From IMG/VR virus record IMGVR_UViG_3300005713_000004, positions 12,734 through 76,733 of that record: 64,000 nucleotides of DNA. One strand, 5' to 3'. Below the pieces are notes generated by a model. It searched no databases and was not told the DNA's origin. It saw nothing but the letters and a program-made list of their open reading frames with translations. How positions within the stretch are numbered: position 1 is the stretch's first letter; each line of letters opens with the position of its first letter. Made by a program: the position numbers and the translations under genes. This document shows positions 17,308 to 25,358 of this stretch, in pieces. Source of the DNA: a virus (taxonomy: Duplodnaviria; Caudoviricetes).

Positions 17308-17488
17308 TTGACTTCCCAACGGCGACCGTGTATCGTCTACAGGTAACCGGGCTCGATTCCGGCAGGTCGTCGCCGGGACCTCCGTGGGATGTCACCCGAT
17401 CGGCCAACCCTTCGGGGTTGACAACCCACGGCGACCCACGTAATGTCTACATCACCGGGAGGGACACCCCGCCCGGACAACTCAACAG
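17308..17488 (+). promoter_or_regulatory. Tandem promoters, second with boxA-like leader
   Basis: TTGACT-17-TATCGT (17308-17336); TTGACA-17-TAATGT (17418-17446); CGGACAACTCAACAG. Confidence 0.8.
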
Positions 17489-17500
17489 AGGGAGGTTCCG

Positions 17501-17656
17501 ATGGGATCCGGAAACGGTGATCAGGAGGACATCACGGAGGACGGGACGTGGTCCTGTCCCATGTGCGGCGAGAGCGGCACATGCGTGACGGGTGACGAGG
17601 GCGCAGCCCTCACGGCCCACGTTGCGTTCGGGTGTCCGGCGGCGCAGGCCGACTGA
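17501..17656 (+). CDS. Small putative zinc-finger protein
   Basis: GGGAGG SD; CPMC...HVAFGC; absent from ORF track. Confidence 0.6.
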   Translation: MGSGNGDQEDITEDGTWSCPMCGESGTCVTGDEGAALTAHVAFGCPAAQAD

Positions 17657-17733
17657 TCACCACCCGCCCCCGGCTTCGGCCGGGGGCGGGACCGGGTCCC
17701 GGATCCACCCTCGCCACGAAGGGAGGGCCGGTC

Positions 17734-18306
17734 ATGGACTGGCGGCACGGCGCCCACTGCCGGGGCGCGAGCGAGCCGGAGGTGTGGTTCCCGGTCGACG
17801 AGGACCAGGGCCACGACGCGCCGGGTGTGGTTCGGGCGCGCCTCGCCTGCGCGCCGTGCCCGGTCCGGGCGGAGTGCCTGTCATGGGCCTTCGAGTCCGG
17901 GCAGACGGCCGGTGTGTGGGGCGGGATGTCGACGCCGGAGCGCCGGGCCCTGCGCGCCCCGGAGCGGCTCCGTGTGGCCGCTGCTGCGGCGTCGGACCGG
18001 CGAGCCCGGGAGGACGCACAGCGGGACGCACAGGAGGACGCAGGCGCCAGCACGGAGGGCGGGGCGGGGGACACCCTGCCTCGCCCTCGTCGGCGGCGGG
18101 GTGGCCAGCCGCCGGGGACGACGCGGGCCCACCGGTCCGGGTCGGTCGGCCGCTGCGCCACCTGCTCGAAGCGCCTCGACCTGCGCGCGGACGGGCGAGT
18201 CGTCCGGCACGACCGGGTGTTGGACGGGAAGCGTGGGCACTGCCCCGGCTCCGGCGAGGTGTCGGCGGTCGAGGCGCTTCCCGGGTCGGGGCGTGTCCAC
18301 GGGTAG
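17734..18306 (+). CDS. whiB: WhiB-family Fe-S transcription factor with C-terminal Cys/His extension
   Basis: C...WFP...CAPCPVRAEC...GVWGG. Confidence 0.9.
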   Translation: MDWRHGAHCRGASEPEVWFPVDEDQGHDAPGVVRARLACAPCPVRAECLSWAFESGQTAGVWGGMSTPERRALRAPERLRVAAAAASDRRAREDAQRDAQEDAGASTEGGAGDTLPRPRRRRGGQPPGTTRAHRSGSVGRCATCSKRLDLRADGRVVRHDRVLDGKRGHCPGSGEVSAVEALPGSGRVHG

Positions 18307-18333
18307 CCGTGACATACTCCGCATGGCGGGGGG

Positions 18334-18362
18334 TTGCGTAACCCCCGGCGAGCGTGTAGTGT
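18334..18362 (+). promoter_or_regulatory. Promoter
   Basis: TTGCGT-17-TAGTGT. Confidence 0.65.
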
Positions 18363-18418
18363 CATCTATGGTGGGAGAGGGTCTCTCGCCAGAACGAGAC
18401 GAGAGGGAGGGGACAGCA

Positions 18419-18796
18419 GTGGCAAAGCGCAAGGAACCGATGGCGCCGATCAGCTACAAGACGGCGGGCGCGGAGTGGGGCAACGCGGCTGCGGCTGCGG
18501 CCCTGTGCGTGGGCAGCGACGGCAAGGCGATCTCCGCCGACACGTTCCAGTGGTACGTGCGAACCGCCGACCCGAACGGCGACAACCCCCCGCCGAAGGC
18601 GGAGCGGGTGGACCCGCACACCCGGCAGAGCATGTACCGGCTCAAGCGGGTACGGGAGTGGCACGCGAAGCGGCCCGGCCGTGGGAATTGGGGCGGCATC
18701 GGCGCCCGCGCCCGCCTGCCGAAGGACCAGCAGGGCGAGCCCGTGGACACGCCCGCCCCGGAGGCGGGCGCGGAGCCCGCCTCGCAGGACGCGTGA
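18419..18796 (+). CDS. Actinophage HTH DNA-binding protein
   Basis: TFQWYV...PPP...VREWHAKRPGRG motif; GGAGG SD. Confidence 0.7.
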   Translation: MAKRKEPMAPISYKTAGAEWGNAAAAAALCVGSDGKAISADTFQWYVRTADPNGDNPPPKAERVDPHTRQSMYRLKRVREWHAKRPGRGNWGGIGARARLPKDQQGEPVDTPAPEAGAEPASQDA

Positions 18797-19047
18797 CCAG
18801 CATGCACGGGGCCCTCTCCTCGCCGGTGATCCTGCCGGTCGTGGGGAGGGCTCCGCTGTATCGGGATGCGGTCGCGTGGCTCGAAGCGCTGCGGGACGTC
18901 GCCGACGCGAACGGCCACGGGCAGGCGGCCCGGTACGCGGTCGCCGTGCTCGACCTCGTCGCCGCTGCGCACGACGCGGCCGACGCCGGGTACGGTCCGC
19001 CGGACCTGCTCGCCGCGCTGCTGCCCTTCCCCCGGTCCGCGCTGTGA
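18793..19047 (+). CDS. Hypothetical protein
   Basis: GTGA coupling. Confidence 0.55.
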   Translation: MTSMHGALSSPVILPVVGRAPLYRDAVAWLEALRDVADANGHGQAARYAVAVLDLVAAAHDAADAGYGPPDLLAALLPFPRSAL

Positions 19048-19457
19048 CCCGCTCGTGGTCGCACGCGGCGAGGACCATCGACGCGGTCCCGCTGTACCGG
19101 CTGCGGATCGAGGCGGCGCAGGTGGACCCGCTGCGTCACCTCGCCCTGCCGGGGCAGCGGGCCGGGTACCTCGAAGGGGTCGCCGCCGTGCACCTCGAAC
19201 CGGACGACTTCGGGTCGCCTGCCCATCGGGTCGAGTGGCGGGAGCAGCGGGGCGGCTCGTGGTTCACCATCGGGTACGCGGCCGACGAGCCGGGCGGCGA
19301 GCAGGATCCGGCGGCGGACCCGCGCGTCGAGGACGTGATGCGGCGCCTCGACCGGGGGCGGGTCGGGGTGCTGACCGGGGACCCGGTGTCGCTGCTCGCG
19401 GCGGAGGTCCGGCGTCTCCGTGGATTGTCACCCGATCGGCCCACCTCCGGGGTTTGA
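19044..19457 (+). CDS. Hypothetical protein
   Basis: GTGA coupling. Confidence 0.55.
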   Translation: MTRSWSHAARTIDAVPLYRLRIEAAQVDPLRHLALPGQRAGYLEGVAAVHLEPDDFGSPAHRVEWREQRGGSWFTIGYAADEPGGEQDPAADPRVEDVMRRLDRGRVGVLTGDPVSLLAAEVRRLRGLSPDRPTSGV

Positions 19458-19531
19458 CAACCCACGGCTAGCCGGGTAATGTCTCTCTCATCGGGCGGGG
19501 CGCTCCCCCTCCCGGGTTGATAACTCAACAG
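19418..19531 (+). promoter_or_regulatory. Cassette promoter with upstream inverted half-site and boxA-like leader
   Basis: TTGACA-17-TAATGT (19454-19482); TTGATAACTCAACAG (19517-19531). Confidence 0.8.
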
Positions 19532-19544
19532 AGATGAGGCGCAG

Positions 19545-19952
19545 ATGAGCAACACCGCGACGTACCGGATCCTCGGCACCACCGACGAGGTCACCCGCTG
19601 CGAGCACTGCGGCCGGGACGACCTCCGGTCCACCGTCGTCCTCGCCGCCCTTGACGACGAGGGCAACGACGACGGCGGCCGGGTGTACCTCGGCTCCACC
19701 TGCGGCGCGAAGGCCGCAGGCTGGACCAGCCCCCGGAAGTTCCGCGAGGACGCAGCCGCCGCCGACCGCGGGAAGGGCGCGGCGGTCCGCAAGGCCCGCG
19801 ACGCTCGGTTCGCCGAGTGGGTCCAGCGGACCTACGGCCTCACGGTCACCGGCCCCCGCGATCTCTACGGGATCCGGAACCGGGAGGTCACCGGAGCGGA
19901 GCCCACCGACGTTCTCGCCCGGTACCGGGCAGAGACCGGAGAGACCGCCTGA
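19545..19952 (+). CDS. Putative Zn-binding phage protein
   Basis: CEHCGR...TV...YLGSTCG. Confidence 0.75.
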   Translation: MSNTATYRILGTTDEVTRCEHCGRDDLRSTVVLAALDDEGNDDGGRVYLGSTCGAKAAGWTSPRKFREDAAAADRGKGAAVRKARDARFAEWVQRTYGLTVTGPRDLYGIRNREVTGAEPTDVLARYRAETGETA

Positions 19953-19954
19953 CA

Positions 19955-19992
19955 GCAAGCAACCCCCCGGCTCCGGCCGGGGGGTTGCTTGC
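19955..19992 (+). terminator. Hairpin terminator
   Basis: GCAAGCAACCCCCCGG...CCGGGGGGTTGCTTGC. Confidence 0.75.
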
Positions 19993-20030
19993 GTTACGGC
20001 GTGTCCACGGGGTACCCCTGCCGGGAGGTG

Positions 20031-20210
20031 ATGGACATGGTGTCCAGCAGGGGCGGGAAGTACGGCTTCGTCTACCGCGACGAGCAGGACCGGTATCGGG
20101 CCCTGCTCCGACAGCCGGGGATGACGAAGGCGAAGGCGGCGGCGATCTCGAACGCGGCCCACAACGGGACCCTCAAGCGGGGCGGCCGGAAGCGGCGACG
20201 CCGCCGGTGA
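20031..20210 (+). CDS. Small basic protein
   Basis: GGGAGG SD; YRALL..PGMTKAKAAAISNA, Arg-rich tail. Confidence 0.65.
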   Translation: MDMVSSRGGKYGFVYRDEQDRYRALLRQPGMTKAKAAAISNAAHNGTLKRGGRKRRRRR

Positions 20211-20673
20211 CGACCAGCGGCCGGAGCGCAGCAGCCGGGACGAACCACGCCCGGCGGTGGCCGTGCGGGTTCCGCTCCCACTCCGGCCGCTTCGCCGCCC
20301 TCCCGAGGATCGAGCCCCGGACCGTCATCGTCGGCGGCTCGCCCGTCACGAGGTAGAACCACCGGTCGTCCGCGTCGTTGTCCCGCACGATCAGGCACCC
20401 GTCCGCGCGGGCGGTGGAGCGGACCTCGACGTTCGAGCCCATGTCCGCGAGCGCGTGGAACGTGCCCACCGACGGGGACCAGAACCGGCCGACCGCCTTG
20501 CACAGGGCCATCTCACCGCAGGCGCCCACGACCTCCTGTGCCATCCGTTCGAGGTAGCCGCGCTGGTACGTGGACGCGTGGTCGTGTCCACGCTCCGACG
20601 ACTCGACGAAGCGTGCCATGCCCACCCCGGCGGCCGTCGCGAACTCGCGCGGGGTGAGCACAACCAGCGTCAC
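20173..20673 (-). CDS. Hypothetical, possible PD-(D/E)XK-fold protein
   Basis: GEMA...ADMG..VEVRS; GTGA coupling. Confidence 0.55.
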   Translation of the reverse strand: MTLVVLTPREFATAAGVGMARFVESSERGHDHASTYQRGYLERMAQEVVGACGEMALCKAVGRFWSPSVGTFHALADMGSNVEVRSTARADGCLIVRDNDADDRWFYLVTGEPPTMTVRGSILGRAAKRPEWERNPHGHRRAWFVPAAALRPLVVTGGVAASGRPA

Positions 20674-21206
20674 GCCGGGACCGGCTGCGCCTTCGGGGCG
20701 TACCGCGTCGGCCCGGTCTCCCCGGTCACGAGGTCCCGCCACTGCGGGCCGTCGAACAGCGCCCCGCCCCACAGCCCGTCGTACCCCCGGTCGAGCGCGG
20801 TCGCCCGGCACAGGTCCCGCACGGGGCACGCGGCGCACAGCCCCCGCGCGGCGCGGCTGCGCGCGTCCCGCTGCTCCGCCCGCTGCTGCTCGTCCACCTC
20901 GTCGTCGGGGTCCGGCTCCGGCTCGAACGCGGACGGCGGGAGCGGGACCAGCACGCAGCGGAGGTCCCCTCGCCGTCGCCACGCAGGCTCGTCCTCCGGG
21001 CGCTCCGCCGGGACCTGCTCGGCGACGTTGCCCCGGCGGGCGCGCGGGTCGGCGCCGCCGTTGCGGGCCCGCCACGACACGCAGGTGTCGCAGGCGCCCG
21101 GCTCGCGGTCGGCGGCGGTGGACAGGAGACCCGTCTTCCCGCCGCCGCTGGACCACGTCGCGCGGAGGCAGTACCGGCACAGACCGGCGTACGTCGGGAG
21201 GCTCAT
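20670..21206 (-). CDS. WhiB-like protein with N-terminal Cys-rich extension
   Basis: ARGLCAACPVRDLC...GLWGG. Confidence 0.7.
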   Translation of the reverse strand: MSLPTYAGLCRYCLRATWSSGGGKTGLLSTAADREPGACDTCVSWRARNGGADPRARRGNVAEQVPAERPEDEPAWRRRGDLRCVLVPLPPSAFEPEPDPDDEVDEQQRAEQRDARSRAARGLCAACPVRDLCRATALDRGYDGLWGGALFDGPQWRDLVTGETGPTRYAPKAQPVPA

Positions 21207-21613
21207 CCGGGGAACAGCCCTTCGGGTGGTGGGGGTGGTGTCGGGTCGGGGCGGCGCCGGATCCCGGTGGGCTGCGGCCGGGTCGCCTTCGGCCCGCGCT
21301 GCCACTGCTCGGCGCGTGGACACGACACGGCGTGGTGCTCGAACAGCAGCCACCCATCGGCGCGCATCCCCGCCGCGCGGCGGGCGTCACGACCTCGTGT
21401 CGGGAGGACGTCGCACACCAGCAGCCGGGGATCATCCGGCGCCGGGTAGGCGAGGACGTTCCCCCGCTCCGACGGCTCCGCGTCGAGCGGCATCCACTCC
21501 GTCCGCCCGGACGCGTTCGTCTTCGCCCACATGATGCGGCGCCCGCAGCCTGCGGGGCGGCGGCACTCCCGCTCGAATAGCTCGAAGTCGGCGAGGACCG
21601 GGCGGGCCGTCAT
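21203..21613 (-). CDS. Conserved phage Zn-binding protein
   Basis: CGRRIMWAKT...MPLDAEP..GNV...HAVSCP. Confidence 0.75.
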   Translation of the reverse strand: MTARPVLADFELFERECRRPAGCGRRIMWAKTNASGRTEWMPLDAEPSERGNVLAYPAPDDPRLLVCDVLPTRGRDARRAAGMRADGWLLFEHHAVSCPRAEQWQRGPKATRPQPTGIRRRPDPTPPPPPEGLFPG

Positions 21614-21987
21614 CGGCGGGCGGGGTCGGCGAGGTGGGACCGGAGCCGGTCGGCGAACCGGACCGCCTCCCACAGCAGCAGCGTAGGGACGTCGTCCGGT
21701 CGGGCCTGCGTGCGCTCGACCTCTGCGCCCAGGTAGGCGACCGCGTCTAGCGCTTCCTCGTAGGCGTCGGCGACGTGGTCGCGGGGCGAGTCGACTTGCA
21801 GCGTCTGCTTGTACTTGCGCAGCCCGTACGCGGCTCGCTCCCGCAGGTCCGCCGCGAGGGCGTCGAGCCCGATCGAGTCGAGTTCGACGGCGACGATCTC
21901 GTGGACGGACGCGGCGCCCGGCGTGTCCACGGGCGGGGGCTGCGCAGTCCGGGGCCGGTCGTCCCGGTCGGTGTCGAGGTGGCCCAT
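21610..21987 (-). CDS. Putative all-alpha NTP pyrophosphohydrolase-like protein
   Basis: R..YGLRKY...RDHVADAYEEALDAVAYL. Confidence 0.55.
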   Translation of the reverse strand: MGHLDTDRDDRPRTAQPPPVDTPGAASVHEIVAVELDSIGLDALAADLRERAAYGLRKYKQTLQVDSPRDHVADAYEEALDAVAYLGAEVERTQARPDDVPTLLLWEAVRFADRLRSHLADPARR

Positions 21988-22259
21988 CAGCGGGACGCGC
22001 GGGGGTAGGCGAGGGAGATTCGGTTCATCGCCCGATCGGCCGCTTCGGAGATCGCGGCGGCCACCTGCTCGGCGGTGTCCGGCTGCGGGTCCTCGACGTC
22101 GCGGGTCCGGTCGGCGGCGAAGCACATCCGGTGGTGGTCGTCTTCGGTGAGCGGCGAGCCGCGCCGGTCGGTGATGCGGACGATGACCTCGACCTCGACG
22201 TCCGGGCGGTCGTCCACGGAGCGGACGGCGCGGAGTCGTGGGTTCGTGTCGCTGTGCAT
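21987..22259 (-). CDS. Hypothetical protein
   Basis: GGAGG SD. Confidence 0.6.
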   Translation of the reverse strand: MHSDTNPRLRAVRSVDDRPDVEVEVIVRITDRRGSPLTEDDHHRMCFAADRTRDVEDPQPDTAEQVAAAISEAADRAMNRISLAYPRASR

Positions 22260-22280
22260 GATGCTGGTCCTCCGTGGTGG

Positions 22281-22517
22281 TTACGCGGGCGGCGGCCCGG
22301 CAACGGCGTCGGGTCCGAGTAGGTCCGCGACGTAGGCGCGCGGCAGGTCGTGGCGGGCGGCGGCCCGGTGGATGTCGGCGAGCGCGTCCGCGTTGCGGGC
22401 CGCGTCGGTGAGCCGGAGCCGGGCGAACTCGAAGCCGGGTCCGACGAGGTGGCGCCCGGCTGCGTCGAGGTTGCCCGCGAGGGCGTCGAACGTGCGGGCG
22501 GCGGAGGCGTGGTCCAT
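22281..22517 (-). CDS. Hypothetical protein
   Basis: GGAG SD. Confidence 0.55.
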   Translation of the reverse strand: MDHASAARTFDALAGNLDAAGRHLVGPGFEFARLRLTDAARNADALADIHRAAARHDLPRAYVADLLGPDAVAGPPPA

Positions 22518-22578
22518 GAGGTCTCCCAACGGGAAGGCCCGCCCCCGCCGTGTCCATCGGCGGGGGCGGGCGGGTCGG

Positions 22579-23199
22579 TCAGCCCCGGACGATCTCCGCG
22601 CGGAGCGGCTTGATCGTCTCGGCGAGGGCGGCGCGGGCCTGCGGTGGCAGACCGGCGGCGGCGAGGACGTCGACGAGCGTCCCGATCACGGCGTCGTACA
22701 CGTCACCGGTGATCGGCTTCCCGTCGGGGGTGGTGATGGTGCCGTGCTTGCGGCGGAGGAAGTCGATCGTCCCGGCGGTGAGGCCCTTGCTCGCGACGAG
22801 GTCGAGCGCCCGGAGGAAGTGGCCCTCTTGCCGGTTCCGGTCGGTCCGGTAGAAGTACGCGGCCACGGCCGGGACGCCGAGACCTCGCGTGTAGAACTCC
22901 CGGACGACGTCCGCCCACACGTTGTCCCGGTCGGGGTTGAGGTGGACGAGCATGTCCCGGACGTTGATGCCGTCGACCTCCGGGGCGGGGGTGACCTGAT
23001 CGGTCGGGTGGTACCAGCGGTCACCGACGCGGATCATCGGCCGCTGCTCCCGGCGGGGCGCGGCGGGCCGGGCGCGGGACGCGGCGCGGACCTGCTCGGC
23101 GAGCCGGTTCTGTCGGACGAGCAGGATCACGACCCCGATCGCGGCGGCGATAGCGGAGCCGTTCCCGATGCCGTCGAGGAACAGGAGGAACGTGGTCAC
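22579..23199 (-). CDS. Globin (truncated-hemoglobin-like), possibly with N-terminal TM anchor
   Basis: VVREFY...AYFYRTD...LRRKHG...ITGDVYDAV...L; alternative ATG about 23038. Confidence 0.75.
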   Translation of the reverse strand: MTTFLLFLDGIGNGSAIAAAIGVVILLVRQNRLAEQVRAASRARPAAPRREQRPMIRVGDRWYHPTDQVTPAPEVDGINVRDMLVHLNPDRDNVWADVVREFYTRGLGVPAVAAYFYRTDRNRQEGHFLRALDLVASKGLTAGTIDFLRRKHGTITTPDGKPITGDVYDAVIGTLVDVLAAAGLPPQARAALAETIKPLRAEIVRG

Positions 23200-23798
23200 T
23201 CGCCGCCCCCGCCGGAGGACGAGCCGCCGCCGGAGTCGGAGCCGCCGGAGTAGCCGCCGCCGCTGGACCCGCTGTCGTGGCTGCTGTGCCCGGACGAGTA
23301 GCCGCCGCCGGAGTAGCCGCCCCACGACGAGGACGAGCCGGAGTCCGTCGAGGGGTCGGGGGTCGAGTGCCGCTCCGGCGGCGTGTCCACGGCGCCGCCC
23401 ATGTAGTACGGGGACGCGGGGTTCGTCCAGCCCAGCGGCTCGACCGGCGGCGGGACGTCCGCCGCGCGGGCCGCCTGCGAGCGGGTGGTGTGGCGGCCGG
23501 TCGAGGACCCGCCGCCGAACACGCCGTCGGAGCGGATCGGCCGCCGCTCGCGCTCGTACATCCCGGGGTGGTACGGGAGGCCCTCCCGGGCGGCGCGCTC
23601 CCGGAGCGGCTGGTCCGTGTAGATCCCGGACGGCGGGTGGGGCATCGGGTCCCCGTCCTCGTAGCCGGGGCCGTCGGGGGTGGGGCCGGTCGTGTCCACG
23701 CTCTCGTCGGCCCGGCGGGACCGGACGACGAAGAACGCGACGACCGCGACGACGAGCAGTACGCCCGCCGCGAGGGTGATCGTCCATGCGGTGTTCAC
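23196..23798 (-). CDS. Single-pass membrane protein with Gly/Ser tail
   Basis: N-terminal TM; GGGYSGG tail. Confidence 0.7.
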   Translation of the reverse strand: MNTAWTITLAAGVLLVVAVVAFFVVRSRRADESVDTTGPTPDGPGYEDGDPMPHPPSGIYTDQPLRERAAREGLPYHPGMYERERRPIRSDGVFGGGSSTGRHTTRSQAARAADVPPPVEPLGWTNPASPYYMGGAVDTPPERHSTPDPSTDSGSSSSWGGYSGGGYSSGHSSHDSGSSGGGYSGGSDSGGGSSSGGGGE

Positions 23799-23855
23799 GG
23801 TGGTGATGTTCCCTTCGTGGTGATCCTCGCGCCCGCCGAAAGCGGGTGCGGGAGT

Positions 23856-24575
23856 TTAGGTGGCGACGGCCAGCGGGCGCAGTAGCTCCGCCTCGACCTC
23901 GTCGCCGACGAGCCCGTGAGCGTCGAGGTACATCCGGGCGCTTCCGCCCTGCGCGCCCCGGCGGGCCGCCTCCCGCAGCAGCAGGAACGCCCGACCGCCG
24001 GAGGTGACGTCCCCGTCCGCGCTGTGGTCTCCGACCGGGATGCCGCAGTACGTGGCGACGGCGCGGGCGGACAGGCTCGTGGTGCCCGGCTCGACCCCGA
24101 TCACCCCGGCCGCGTACGCGCCCAGATCGATCGGGTGATGGTGCCACTCCGCCGTCTTCGCGTGGGCGGGGTCGGAGAACTTGTGGCGGACGAACAGCCG
24201 CCGGAGGAACCCCTCGTCGAACGAGGGCTTGGACCCGACGAGCACGGGAAGCGGGAGCGCGTCCATCTCCGCGCGGGTCCCGACCCGGCCGCCGGACAGC
24301 ACCTCGCGGAACGCCTCGATCTGCGAGGTCGTCTCCCGGTAGGTGGGGCACGGCCCGTCGAGGGGGTACCGGTCGAGGAACCGGTTCACCCGCAGCGCCT
24401 TCGGGTCGGAGCGGGCGAGGAACGTGGACATGTCGGGGATGTCCGCGAAGAACTGGATGCGGTGCCCGGTGGTGAGGTTCCACGCGGCGACGTCCCACGC
24501 GTCATGCATCCGGTCGTCGAGCCCGTTCGTCTCCGTGTCCACGAACACGATGTCCCGGATCGGCTGGTCGTTCAC
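23856..24575 (-). CDS. DEDDh 3'-5' exonuclease (DnaQ-like)
   Basis: FVDTETNG, SFDEGFL, HSADGDV. Confidence 0.85.
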   Translation of the reverse strand: MNDQPIRDIVFVDTETNGLDDRMHDAWDVAAWNLTTGHRIQFFADIPDMSTFLARSDPKALRVNRFLDRYPLDGPCPTYRETTSQIEAFREVLSGGRVGTRAEMDALPLPVLVGSKPSFDEGFLRRLFVRHKFSDPAHAKTAEWHHHPIDLGAYAAGVIGVEPGTTSLSARAVATYCGIPVGDHSADGDVTSGGRAFLLLREAARRGAQGGSARMYLDAHGLVGDEVEAELLRPLAVAT

Positions 24576-24829
24576 TGCGGCGGCTCCGGCTTCCGGTGGC
24601 GGCAGGCGTCGAGGACGCTCACGAGGTGGGTCGTGGTGGTGGTGATCGTGAGGATGGTCCCGTTCGCGACGGCGGACACGACCTGCTCCGCCGCCTCACG
24701 GATCGCGGACTCGCGGGCGTGGCAGCCGTCGCGGCGGGCGATGCGGTCGAGCAGCCGGGCCGCGTCGGCGGGCGGGACCGGGGACCCGGTGGCGACGAGC
24801 GCGCGGACGACGTCCTCGACGTCGGTCAT
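24572..24829 (-). CDS. Hypothetical protein
   Basis: Coupled in operon. Confidence 0.55.
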   Translation of the reverse strand: MTDVEDVVRALVATGSPVPPADAARLLDRIARRDGCHARESAIREAAEQVVSAVANGTILTITTTTTHLVSVLDACRHRKPEPPQ

Positions 24830-25179
24830 CACTGCGGGCTTCCCTTCGGGCAGTGCTCGTGTTCGGCGGCGTAGGTGTAGATCGCGGCCATCGCGCCGGA
24901 CGCGGCGATCGAAGCGGGCGACCCCATCCCGGCGCGGGCGATCTCCGCGAGCGCCAGCCGGGACAGGACCGCGAGCGCGGCGTCCACCGTGGGCAGGTTC
25001 CCGCCGCCGGGGCGGAGCGAGGACGGGATGGGGTCCGGCTCCGCGTCGAGGATCTCGCGCAGGCGACGGCAGTCGTCGAGGTCGAGGAACTCCGGGCGGT
25101 GGTCGAGGTCGAGCCGGGCGGCGGCGGCGGCCACCTGCGCCCGCCACTCGCACAGCGCGGCGGAGTGGGGGGCGGTCAC
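24829..25179 (-). CDS. Hypothetical protein
   Basis: Coupled in operon. Confidence 0.55.
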   Translation of the reverse strand: MTAPHSAALCEWRAQVAAAAARLDLDHRPEFLDLDDCRRLREILDAEPDPIPSSLRPGGGNLPTVDAALAVLSRLALAEIARAGMGSPASIAASGAMAAIYTYAAEHEHCPKGSPQ

Positions 25180-25358
25180 GACGTCACGCCTTCGATGACC
25201 CATTCGATCACGCGGGGGCCCAGCCACGCGGCGAGCGCGGCGGCGATCACGGCGAGGGTGATCGCGGGTCCGTCGGCGAGTTCGAGCAGGACCGTGCAGC
25301 CGCCGTAGGTGATGCCTCCGGCGAGGACCGCGAGGAGGAAGCGAAGCGCGGCGGTCAC
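25176..25358 (-). CDS. Small 2-TM membrane protein
   Basis: Hydrophobic; GTGA coupling. Confidence 0.6.
   Translation of the reverse strand: MTAALRFLLAVLAGGITYGGCTVLLELADGPAITLAVIAAALAAWLGPRVIEWVIEGVTS

Noticed and set aside
17340-17362. T-loop-like hairpin CCGGG-CTCGATT-CCGG
   Set aside because: Stem pairing is not conserved in the two sister copies at 16400 and 16885
12600-19500. CRISPR array or integron attC array
   Set aside because: Repeats are promoter-shaped, spacing is irregular and gene-sized, and no cas or integron integrase is seen
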